Notes under the pieces: generated by a model
Seen by the model: only the letters and a program-made list of their open reading frames with translations
Databases searched by the model: none
Told to the model about the DNA's origin: nothing
Position numbers and translations under genes: made by a program
Shown: one piece after another, positions 25,701 to 36,368 of the stretch
How positions within the stretch are numbered: the stretch's first letter is position 1
How the letters are laid out: each line of letters starts with the position of its first letter
From: Basidiobolus meristosporus CBS 931.73
Taxonomy: Eukaryota; Fungi; Basidiobolomycota
Length of the DNA: 64,000 nt
Direction: 5' to 3'
NCBI GenBank assembly: GCA_002104905.1
Contig: MCFE01000493.1
Location: 1-64,000 of the forward strand

Positions 25701-26309
25701 CTGGATTGTGAGGAGCTCACCACATACTCTGCCATTGTCAAAGGTAAACATATCTCTCACCAGAACGATGGCCCCGAGCAATCCAACGGTGTGGATGTTG
25801 GGGAGTCGGCAAGCATGCCCATTGAGAGTGGGTCCTCCCAGTACCTTCGCTCCTCCGGGACTAACTTCAGCCAAGTCTCCCTGAGCTACTCGCAATCCGG
25901 TGTTGTTGGTATGAAAATCAACGTGCCGATCCCGGAGCGAGGGGATGATCATCTAAGTGAAGACTCTGACCTATCTGATATGGAGGAGGTTGAGGAGGAG
26001 CACACCCACAGCTTCCCACCCTCCGCTGCTGGATCGGTTGCTACCAGCCAGGAGACGCACAGTAACTCATCCACCGAATTCAACGACCTCCCACCCCACG
26101 CACAAAATATTATTCTGAATGAGTTGATGCGCTTGCGCTCCAAAGACGCCACCATCCTCTTCACGTCGTTGCCAGCACCAGATCCTGGAACGTGCGAGGA
26201 GCAGGAGAAATGCGAGTACTACATGAACGACCTGAAGCTGCTGGTTAAGGACCTCCCACCCACTTTTCTCATCCACGCCAAATCCATGACCGTCACCACT
26301 CATCTTTAG
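22746..26309 (+). CDS. VHC1: Cation-chloride cotransporter (SLC12/CCC, VHC1-like), multi-exon
   Basis: [84 protein letters not shown], C-terminal TTHL. Confidence 0.93.
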
Positions 26310-26727
26310 AACACCATCATGCGTAAACCTACGACACTGCTCACGTAACCCGAATATCTCCATTCTCTTAGCCATCCATACCTTTTGTGAATCTCAACCA
26401 ACTAATACACGTGTGAATATCACAAACACTTGGTTGTTATGAATCCAATAAAGGCTTTATCACTCTGCCGACCGCAGCACCAAGTAAGCTGGCCCCACAT
26501 TACCGCTTTCGAACCAGAACTGCCGTCGTGATCGGAATTGACCATCCACTATTTCCTAATGCTGATCCGAAGCAGGATGCGCAGTAGGCGCCAGTGGCAA
26601 ATTCGTACGTGGTGAAAAATCTGTCACTCCGGATTCCGAGGATTTAATGGCTGGTAAGTGACTTGCACTTTTGTCGATTCGTTTGTTTGAACACACCAAG
26701 CCAGGCCTGCTCCTTCCCCACTCGATA

Positions 26728-28956
26728 ATGCTCAAACGGTTCACCCTATTTCCCGAGAGGTCTCTCCCGGCCCTTCTTCTCAAGAAGCGCCCCGAACAGA
26801 AAAACCTCGCCGCCCCAACTCCGCTCGCGCTGACTCGGAGCGAGGCCGCACACACCCTTGCCTTTGATACCAACCATCCCCACCTTGGCGCGAACTCCTC
26901 GGTGGTGGTGTCTAACTTCCAAAACGCACTCGTGCACAGGAACCTCGAGGGCGCTTGGAGCGCCTTCCAGTACCTGCTTGACAACCAACTGGAGAGTAGA
27001 CTCACCGCCAGTCAGCTCTCCCGGCTGCTTCAACTGTTGAACGGATTCAAAGGGAAGTCCGCCGAGTCCCAACAACGCAGTGCTCAGGTGGTGGTTTGCA
27101 TCGACCAGCTCGACGCCAAAAGGATGTTTCGAAACGCACGGGAATACTCTCCTTTGGTCTCCCACTACGCCAAACGGGGTCAAGTGGGTGAGGTGAACTC
27201 GCTGATTCTCGAGATGCTCGACAGAGGAGTTCAACCGGACGCGGTGATTTTCAACGACTTGATCAATGCCGCCGGCAAGGTCCACCCCGAGCAGGCATTC
27301 TCCGTGTACGACTCTATGCTGCAGCAAGGGATAGCGCCCACCAACGTGACATTCAACATCCTTCTGAATATCTGCAAACGTCAACGCAAGCTCGACTTCA
27401 CGGTCAGAGTGCACAAGGCGGTACGAAGCTCGAATGTCCGCCCGGATAGCTCGGCGTACAACATTCTCATGGATCTGTACGCGAAATCCAACCTTCTGGA
27501 CCAGGCGATCCTTACGTACGACGAGATGCTTGCTAACCACGTCGCGCCGGATACAGTCACGTACAACACCCTTTTGAACGCATTTGCCAAGAAGAGGTCC
27601 ATGGACGGGGTCAGCCAAATGTTCGAGGCCATGTTGAGCCGAGGTGTCCCGCCGAACGTGGTCACCTTCAGTATCTTGATCGACGCTTACGCTAAGCATC
27701 AGGATATCGAAGGGGCTATGAGGATCTACGAAGAGATGTTGCGGCGGGATATCCTTCCAGATACTCTGATCTACAACACTCTTATCAACGGCCACACAAA
27801 GAATTCCAACACCGACCAGGCCATGATGCTCTATCATGAGATGGGGGCACGCCGTCTCCCCCGAAACATCGTCACCTACAACACTCTAATCAACCTTCAT
27901 CTGAAGCAGGGGAATTTCGATCAGGCCCTGGAGCTGTTCAACGAGATGTCCTTGGGAACGACCCCGCCCGACGTGATCACCCTGAACACCATCATCAACG
28001 CATATGTGCGGAACGCTAGACTTGACGAGGCCACCAAATTCCTGGAGAATTTCGCCCGATTCAACATCCGCCCCGACACCATCACGTACAACACGCTCAT
28101 CAACGGCCATGTCAAGAATTCGAGGCTCGAGCACGCGGTTGACCTCTTCACCGAGATGCAGGCCAGAAACCTTTGCGACATCGTGTCGTATAACACCATC
28201 ATCAACGCCCATGCGAAGAGCCTCGACCTGGAGGCGATGAGGAAGGTCTATCGTAGCATGGGCCAGCACAAGGTGTCGCCAGATATCATCACGTTCAACA
28301 CGATGCTTCACGCCTACTTCGAGAGCCGTGCCCTGGACCAATGCCAAACGCTACTGAAGGAAATGAGCCTTAGTCGGACCCACCCAAACATCAACACCTA
28401 CAACACGCTGATCAACGGCTACTCGAAGAACGGGGATATCCCACGCGCGTTGCAAATCTACGATGAGATCCAGTTCCAAGGGATCCGCCCCAACCCCACC
28501 ACCTTCGGAGTCTTGATCAACTGTTACAATCTCTCCGGAGACCTTGAGAAAGCGTTCGAGATCTGGGACCAGGCGAAGAGACACACCACGGACAGGGAAA
28601 AGCTTGCTGCTCCGCTTTCCGCCCTCCTGGATGCCTGCGGGTATCACCACGAGTCCCGCCGGCTGACAGAGCTCTGGAGTGAGCTGGAGGTCACCAACCA
28701 CCCTGTCACCGAGAACAACTTCAATTCATACCTAGAAGCGTTGTGCCGGTGTGGCAACTACTCCGAGGCTGTTCGAGCCTTTACCCACGACATGACGCTG
28801 CTGAACCTTCAGCCTACACTGAAAACGTGGCGAACCCTGTACACGGAGGTTAAGCGCTGCCATCCCTCCGGCATCGAAGAGATCGGAATGTTCCTAGAAA
28901 ATGAACATCCCCACCTCTACCCGGACTTCCATCGCGCCCTGGAAGATGACCTGTAA
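26728..28956 (+). CDS. P-class pentatricopeptide repeat protein, probably mitochondrial; intronless
   Basis: About 14-15 tandem 35-aa motifs (P[DN]xVTYNTLINxxxK). Basic, acid-poor N-terminus from the first ATG at 26728; the ORF-track start at 26671 is non-ATG. Confidence 0.92.
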   Translation: MLKRFTLFPERSLPALLLKKRPEQKNLAAPTPLALTRSEAAHTLAFDTNHPHLGANSSVVVSNFQNALVHRNLEGAWSAFQYLLDNQLESRLTASQLSRLLQLLNGFKGKSAESQQRSAQVVVCIDQLDAKRMFRNAREYSPLVSHYAKRGQVGEVNSLILEMLDRGVQPDAVIFNDLINAAGKVHPEQAFSVYDSMLQQGIAPTNVTFNILLNICKRQRKLDFTVRVHKAVRSSNVRPDSSAYNILMDLYAKSNLLDQAILTYDEMLANHVAPDTVTYNTLLNAFAKKRSMDGVSQMFEAMLSRGVPPNVVTFSILIDAYAKHQDIEGAMRIYEEMLRRDILPDTLIYNTLINGHTKNSNTDQAMMLYHEMGARRLPRNIVTYNTLINLHLKQGNFDQALELFNEMSLGTTPPDVITLNTIINAYVRNARLDEATKFLENFARFNIRPDTITYNTLINGHVKNSRLEHAVDLFTEMQARNLCDIVSYNTIINAHAKSLDLEAMRKVYRSMGQHKVSPDIITFNTMLHAYFESRALDQCQTLLKEMSLSRTHPNINTYNTLINGYSKNGDIPRALQIYDEIQFQGIRPNPTTFGVLINCYNLSGDLEKAFEIWDQAKRHTTDREKLAAPLSALLDACGYHHESRRLTELWSELEVTNHPVTENNFNSYLEALCRCGNYSEAVRAFTHDMTLLNLQPTLKTWRTLYTEVKRCHPSGIEEIGMFLENEHPHLYPDFHRALEDDL

Positions 28957-29247
28957 ATGTAGCGTATGAACATGGCTCTAATGTCCAGCATACGCAACCT
29001 CCCCCCCCCCGCCACCTGAGCCCTCGCACACTTGGCCGTTGTATCTTTCGTTGAACCTTGTCACTCCCCAGCAGCACGGGGTAGAATGTGTATAGCAAGA
29101 ATGTACTTGAATAAATTCTCTCTCAAGAAGCACGTCGATGCCATTTATTTGTCTTTTTTGGGGGGGGGACGGGATGGGATGTGGTGTGGTGTGGTGTGGT
29201 GTGAGCTCTACCTAGTGGACAGGAAATCCCGGCCGAGTCACTTCTCT

Positions 29248-30135
29248 TCACTGTTTGGTGAAGTATTCGGGAAGGATGTAATGGAGCTTGTCGGACTTGC
29301 ACGCCTCTGGTGGGGACATGATTCCATATTTCATACCGCCAAGGACACCCTTGGTGACGCTTCCATCAGCGATGCCCTGCTCAAGGGGCTCGAGAATGGC
29401 AAGCAACAGCTTCTTGGCGTTGCTTGCGTTGGTGACCATGGTTTTCATCACGGCATCGGCGGTGACGGCCTCTTCGGACTCTCTCCAGCAGTCGTAGTCA
29501 GTAGACATGCAGATCATCTGGTAGGCGATCTCTGCCTCGCGGGCCAACTTGGCCTCAGGTAGGGCGGACATGTTGATGACACCGCCGCCCCAAGAGCGGT
29601 AAAGGTTGGACTCGGCACGAGTGGAGAAAGCGGGACCTTCCATACATACCAAGAGCTTGTCCTTGTGAACGGTAAGGTTCTCGACAAGGTGGCTGTGGTT
29701 GGCGATGATTTCAGCCGCAGCGGGGCAGAAAGGATCGGCAAAGGAGGCATGGCCAATGATACCCTCTCCTTCGAAGTAGGTGGAGGGACGGATTCCCTTG
29801 GTGCGGTCAATGATTTGGTTGGGAAGGACGAAATGGGTGGGTGCGAGCTCCTCTTGAAGGGAACCGACGGCCGAGAAAGCGAGGATAAGCTTGACGCCGA
29901 TGGACTTCAAGGCGGCAATGTTCGCTCTGGCCGGGACCTCGGAGGGGCTGAATTGGTGGTGGGCGCCATGACGAGCCAGGAAAGCGATTCTCAACCCGCT
30001 GGGGATTTTCCCGATAATAATCTTGGAGGAGGGATAGCCCCAAGGGGTGTTTGGGTACACCTCCTCGACAATCTCCAGGTTGTCCAGGTTGTAAAGGCCA
30101 GAGCCGCCGATAACCGCAATGTTTACTGGATGCAT
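29248..30135 (-). CDS. MEU1: S-methyl-5'-thioadenosine phosphorylase
   Basis: IAVIGGSGLY, FLARHG, ANIAALK, AVGSLQEE, CMEGPAFSTRAES, INMSALPEAKLAREAEI, STDYDCW. Confidence 0.96.
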   Translation of the reverse strand: MHPVNIAVIGGSGLYNLDNLEIVEEVYPNTPWGYPSSKIIIGKIPSGLRIAFLARHGAHHQFSPSEVPARANIAALKSIGVKLILAFSAVGSLQEELAPTHFVLPNQIIDRTKGIRPSTYFEGEGIIGHASFADPFCPAAAEIIANHSHLVENLTVHKDKLLVCMEGPAFSTRAESNLYRSWGGGVINMSALPEAKLAREAEIAYQMICMSTDYDCWRESEEAVTADAVMKTMVTNASNAKKLLLAILEPLEQGIADGSVTKGVLGGMKYGIMSPPEACKSDKLHYILPEYFTKQ

Positions 30136-30536
30136 GGTAACAAAGAGTAGGCCGAGAAAATTTGGCCAAGTGGGTTATTTGAACCAGCGTCCTTTCTTGA
30201 TTTGGCCTAGATTTCCTCGAAATGGTGCAATCATGTCGGTCGGGATTCTCAGCAGGCCAATAGGTAGCTGGCCTTTCTCCCCTGAGTCGCGGGTGGAATT
30301 CGATAAGTGGGCCCCACCAATGAATTCGTAGGATCATATCGACCACCATCACCCGGATTTCGTGCTGGTTATTGCGAAGAAACAAGGGTTAAGCAGAATT
30401 AGGATGCTTGCTTATTTTAGTTGGTTAGATATGGTAAGCGGGTCAATGATTAGTTTTCCTAAGCCAGTTATGGAATTCCCTTAACAGAGAAATTGGTTAA
30501 AGCACTGTTTACGAAGGATTGTTCGCTTGGTTTACT

Positions 30537-32375
30537 ATGGATTCTCACGCCGCCTACAATGAGCACAGCCATCAACATGGCCATGAACACGGTCATGGAC
30601 ATGAGCATGGAAAAGAACACGCCCATGGTGACGTCAAGGAAGAGCACTTGAAGGAGGAGCAGGAGCATTTCAGAAAGGTCATCGCCACCTTCGCTTCCTA
30701 TCGTGTTCACAGCCACGGAACAAACAAGAGGAAGAAGGAAAGCTATGCTGCACTTTCTGAGGAACACAAGGCTTTGATACCCTTCTACTTGGATCGTTTG
30801 AGCCAGATCGACGAGGCCATCAACAAGAACTACTCATTCTTGAAAGCGATCGTTGCCGATCATCAGATCTTCGTGGAGCAGGAGGGCCAGGTAATGCTCA
30901 AAGTACCTACACACTCCCCCATTTTCGACACAGTCGATTCATACGGCTTCGCCAACAGGAGATCTCTCACCTTCAGATCCAGCCCAACAAGGAGCGTCCT
31001 GCTGTTACGGAGTTCGACATGGACAAATTGCGTAGCACTTTGAAGCAGTTTGTTCGCGACTGGAGCGAAAAGGTAGGGCTGCCGTTTACCCTCGACGCAC
31101 GCGCATCACTCAACACCAACTTGCAACTTTCGTCGCTTCGCTAGGGAAAACATGAGCGTGAGGCAGCCTATTCGCCAATTTTGGAGGAGCTTGAGAACTA
31201 CTACGGCGATGTTCCTGTGGACCAAAGGTAATCTTTGACACACGCACCCGTCCATCGTCAATTCAAACTCTTGCTAACCGGAGTATTCAACAGGGGTAAT
31301 CTTCGAGTTCTAGTCCCGGGGGCCGGTTTAGGCCGGTTGGCATACGACATCTGTAAGAAAGGTATAGTGCACTGGTCGTGATGGTTGGATTCCACAGATT
31401 ATTAATCGATTCGAACCATCTCACCCAGGCTTCAGCTGCCAAGGTAATTTCTCAATACACTGTAATGCTTGCTTGGACCCGGAACTTAACAGAGATTCAC
31501 TTCTTAAGGCAACGAGTTCTCCTTCTACATGGTAAGTCGCGCAGGTTTTAAGCGAGCCAGCGCACGTCAACTGACAAATTACGAACCCTATCTCTTAGCT
31601 TCTGGCCTCGAACTTTATCCTGAACAGGTGAGTTAGCTCATGGCCCTATCTCCGGACCAACGTTGAACTAACCACGGGAAACAGAGCAGCAGAGGTAGAG
31701 CAATTCGAAATCTTTCCTTTCGTCCATTCCCAATCGAATGCGCTCCGCGAAGAGCACATCTTGCAGAGTGTGCGTATTCCTGACGTACTACCCTCTGGAC
31801 TTCCCCCGAGCTCCGACTTCTCCATGGTTGCCGGGGACTTCTTGGAGGTGTACGGGGCGGAAAGCGATAGCGTTGGTAAGAAAGAAAATCCTCGGTGGAG
31901 TCCTGCACCAACCCATTAACCAGCAATCCAATCAGGCACCTGGGATTGCATCGTGACGTGCTTCTTTATCGACACCGCCAAGAACATCATCCAATATCTG
32001 GAGACCATCTACAACGCGTTAAAGAAGGGTGGAGTGTGGATCAACTTGGGTATGCTCCGGCGAGATAGAAGTAGCGCGTGGATGTTCAGCTAATAGGGAT
32101 TTTCTAGGCCCACTTCTCTACCACTTCGAGAACACCCCTGGGGAGATGTCGATCGAGCTGACTTTGGAGGAAGTCAAAGCCTTGGCCACCAAAGTTGGTT
32201 TCACCATTCAGGTAACTACTTTCTCCTACCCTACCCTCTCGCCACTTCAGCCGACTGACCGTTCGATTCTCTCAATCAGCGCGAGGCCATGCACGAATCC
32301 GCATACACCGCCAACGTTCAATCCATGCTGAGATACACCTACAACTGCGCCTTCTTCTCCGCGATCAAAGAGTAG
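30537..32375 (+). CDS. CARNMT1: Carnosine N-methyltransferase (N2227-like) with His-rich N-terminus; many short exons
   Basis: [68 protein letters not shown]|GPLLYHF. Confidence 0.92.
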
Positions 32376-32463
32376 CACGTGTCTTGTCTCCCCATTCAAC
32401 AATAAAGGTGGCTTGCTTAGAGAACGTTTATTGAAATATGAAATCAACATAGATAGTGAGCAT

Positions 32464-35400
32464 CTAGGAGTAAACTGGCAATATGGTTACCTGCGCATTT
32501 GCATCAGCCTTGGGGGAATCGGGAGCGATGTTGCCCACGGGCAAGATGGAAACTGGGGCATTCAAATCCTCCACTACATCTGCCTCGTTCACAGGCAAAA
32601 TAGAGACCGGGCCATTCAAGTCCTCCTGCAAAGCGTCAGAGGGGCTGGGCTCTACCTCGTTAACTGGTAGTATGGAAACCGGAGCATTCAAGTCCTCCTG
32701 CAAAACGTCAGAGGGGTTGAATTGGCCGATGGGAGTATCGGTTGATTGAGGGCTGATCGATTCGCCCAGAGTGATCAGTTCACTTGGGTCGGGGTTGTTG
32801 ATCATACGGTCGCAGTCGAAGTCCCATCTAGATCTCCACCTGTGTTGGATGCATTGTTGCTTGGTCCAAGGAGTGCCGTACACCAAAGGACTGAACGAAA
32901 CGAACACATACACGACCACGAGTGAGCTGACCAAAAGTACCAGCCAGCGAGCTTTAGTGTTCAGGCGTGAGGTGAACAGGTCGAACGTCACTCCGGTCAG
33001 GAGGATACCGAAGTAGATGGCCGGCAGGTAATGGTGCAGGAAAAGCTGTCTTCCCATCAAGAAGAATGGCAAGTAGTGCAAGAACCAGCCGAGGAAGAAG
33101 AACCCGGCCGACGAGAAGTAGAGATTGAAGTATTCTATGCATGGGAAAAGAGGTCGGTTAGTTCCAGGGAATCGTGCATTCGAATCGGCCAAATTTACCG
33201 TAGGCGCCATCGTTGTAGCCTCTCTTTTGGCGCAGAATCAGCAAGGCGTTAACGGCAATGTAAAGACCAACCGCTGCAGCCGCTGCCCACCAGATAATGG
33301 GGTTTCCGAGAAGGTAGATTTGTGCGGAGTCCTTCGACCAGAAGCTGATTCCTCTATTGATGAGCGGCCAGGCAGAAGGTCTGGAGTCGAAGGGATGGGA
33401 GTCGGTCAAGCCGTTGTTGATGGTCCACATACGCTTCTGAAGCTCCCAGAACTTCTTGAAAAAGCCTGGTGTACGATAGTTCACTCTAGGGGCATCCTCA
33501 GGGACTATAGACAACACAGAAACATCAGTGAATACGAGAGCATGCTTTGTGCTTAATACGAAGCGTCCTTACGCCTTGGGTCAACGTTGGTGTCAATCAA
33601 CCACAGAGTTTTCTCTAGCTTGGCGCTCTTCATACAAGTGACTTCCTGTTGTTCCGATGCCCACTTGGGCAATTTTACATCGTGTGAGAATAAATGGCAG
33701 TGTTGTCCGATATGAACAAGTCGGAATCTGCTGTAAATAGCCATCAGTCTGTCGGCAGATTCGGGGACACGGTCGTCGTGATCGATGATCTCCACTCTCC
33801 AGTGATCATTGATGTCTCCCCATTCGTACCCACTACACAGTCAAAACCAATTAATAAAGCAGGACTTCATTCGTTACGAAGGATGCGCAATCGTACCTGA
33901 CTTCGTTGTGATGCTCTGCTTCAGTAATCGGGGCACGAACATCGTGGCTGTGTAGGCGTTTGCCGGTAGAAGGGTGGAGTAGGCGAACAATGTCGCCATT
34001 CTTTACCCACTCCAACTCAGTCTCGTTGTACGGAACCTCGGGGTCCTCAATCTTGGTGATGACCCACCAGTTGTTTTCGTCGCGGTGTGGATAGAGGGTA
34101 ATTTGTTGTTCTATATATCTGATAGTTAAGCGTGCTGTGGCTCAATCAACAATCCCCTCTTCAACTTACGTTTACTTCCGGTAGGGTAGAAAAGATCGTG
34201 AGAATGAAGGTATCCTCCGTTGGTGTTCAGATGGCGGATATAAACCTTGGAGCCGTAGGCGACATCTAGGAATGCGTGGGTTAAGGCGAGAGCTGAGAAA
34301 ATGAACAGCGTTGAGCAAACCCATTACCAGCTGGAGTATCCCCAATGCCACCTCCACTCAGGGTGCTTTGAAACTCTGGCGACATAAACCCATTTCCGTC
34401 ACCGCTGTTTCTCAGGCAGAAAAAGTGGATTTGGAATAGTGCCAAATAAACTACGACGGGAACAGCGATCAAGCTGAACGCGCGAGCAAAGAAATGCTTG
34501 GCGACAACACTCTAAAAGGACAGCTGATTAGGACCAATCGAAATCTCTAGGTTACACAAAAATTACCGGGGGAACCGAGCTATCCACAGTGAAATCCCAA
34601 AGTTGCTTGATAGTTGAAAGTCCGATCAATGCGATGATGAACAGCCCAACCCATTTCACACTGGATGGAAGAATTAGTAAACTCCAACAGCCTACGATCA
34701 ACTGATGAGGAAAGTACCTGACGGACAGCCCAAGGAACAAGCCAGTAGAGGTTAGCCAGAACCACCATGAGGAAGAGAATGGGCTGGAAACCTGGGATTA
34801 GATTGAATTGCTCCGCTCAAGCTATATGCGTGTAGACTACCTTTCACTCTGATTGCAGAATTGCACCCACGACAGTGCGGTCAAAGCAGTAAAAAACAAT
34901 AAAGGAGAGTCCAATAAGATCAAACGAGACTGGGTCACCAAGGCATTGTCTGTTGATGGAGAGTATACATTTAGATACCCGCCAAATGTTCAAGTATGCC
35001 AAATGTACGCGCTTACCGAAGGTCACGAAAAGTGCGCTCAAAGTAGCAGCTGGTGTGGAATGACCCGATAACTTGACTGTCAAGTAAGAAATAGGCACCA
35101 AAAGCCAACCCATAATTGCCGGTAGCAAGCGCATGGCAACATATGGCACCTGTGGCTCGATGTAATCTCTGTAAAAGCAGCATACGTCAATAACCTCGGT
35201 GTTTGTTCTAGAGACTAAATAGCAACCTACTTTCCGATTTCACTAAAGTCGAAATTTCCATCAAAGCCCCCAAACCAACCAGCAGCGGCAAGTAACATCT
35301 TGGCAAGTGGAGGATGTACATCCATAAAGAACCTACCATGAATGTACTTGCTTGCAAAGCCTCCAAAGTGCACTTCGTCAAAACTGCCCTCGCAAAGGAA

Positions 35401-35671
35401 CAACAGAGAAACATTACACTCTGGAAAACAAGGTTGAAGAAAATAGAGAGGGGAGAACTTACACTACCGAAGTTGGATGATCCAGTCTATAAAAGCGCAC
35501 AAACCCTGCAAAGACTGTCAGGGCGGCGACAATGTACCATTGAGTTTTAGACAAGTGCAAGCTTTTGCGGGAAACGGGCTTCTTTCCGGATTTGAAATTG
35601 TCATCTTCCCAGTATTCATTCGACTCGTCGAGCAGAGGCTCCTGGAATTGCTTCCGATTTCGGACGTACAT
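32464..35671 (-). CDS. PMT1: Dolichyl-phosphate-mannose:protein O-mannosyltransferase, PMT1 subfamily, with repetitive C-terminal tail
   Basis: VV|[10 protein letters not shown] (PMT1-type loop 1), [17 protein letters not shown] loop (RLHSHDVR), [23 protein letters not shown]. Confidence 0.93.
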
Positions 35672-36006
35672 GATCAATCGGAGGTTATGGTTAACTTCTG
35701 GAAGTGAGCTCCTCTAGTAACCAACAGCTTTGGAATTTTCACCAATCCGAATCAATTGGTGACGCCAATGTGTCTACAGTATTGGATACCCAGCAAATCT
35801 ATGATTATTCATGTGATTTATGTCAACATTCGTGACTCTATGCCTAGAATTGCTGGAATCCACGATGGCTTTTGATTGGCACATCAAGCGAAATAGCAAC
35901 CATTAGTTGACCGAGCCTGGTCGCTTCGATGACGCATCAACCGACGTTAATATGTGATTAAAAGTAGATCGATCATTTAGGTTTGTTGTTTGCGTTGTAT
36001 GTTGAA

Positions 36007-36184
36007 ATGAGTGTTGTGAGCAATAATAACTCGAGCGAAATATTCGACCACGAATTTCAGATGCCCCGACATCGATATAATGTACCATGGAAGGAGCGAA
36101 GCCATTGAACGGCCATCCCCATATTTGCACATATATTGGATAGTTGGAGTCGATTTAATCAAATATGACTAAACAAACTTCCAT
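36007..36184 (-). ncRNA. Unknown structured RNA, copy 3 (most divergent)
   Basis: 178 nt, with a few substitutions clustered in the 3' stem. Head-to-head with carboxypeptidase 3. Confidence 0.6.
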
Positions 36185-36209
36185 GGTCATCTCCCAACCA
36201 TCAGGATGC

Positions 36210-36250
36210 TATTTATTGGATCGACCACCTCTGTGGGACGTTAGTTATTC
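36210..36250 (-). promoter_or_regulatory. Putative promoter of ncRNA copy 3
   Basis: Minus strand: GAATAACTAACGTCCCACAGA (TCCCA at -54) and AATAAATA at -33 to -26. Confidence 0.62.
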
Positions 36251-36368
36251 GTGGTTGTAAAATACTATTGATAGAATGTTTCACCATGACGTCTAAAAGA
36301 AAGGGAACAGTGCTGATCTTCGGGATGTATAAAAGCCATGAAAACCATCAGAATTGACATATCCAAAG

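Noticed and set aside
26746-28701. Long antisense ORFs over the PPR gene, and similar shadows over RRP3, MEU1, subtilisin, VHC1 and the carboxypeptidases
   Set aside because: These are typical shadow ORFs of GC3-rich coding sequence, with no recognisable domains.
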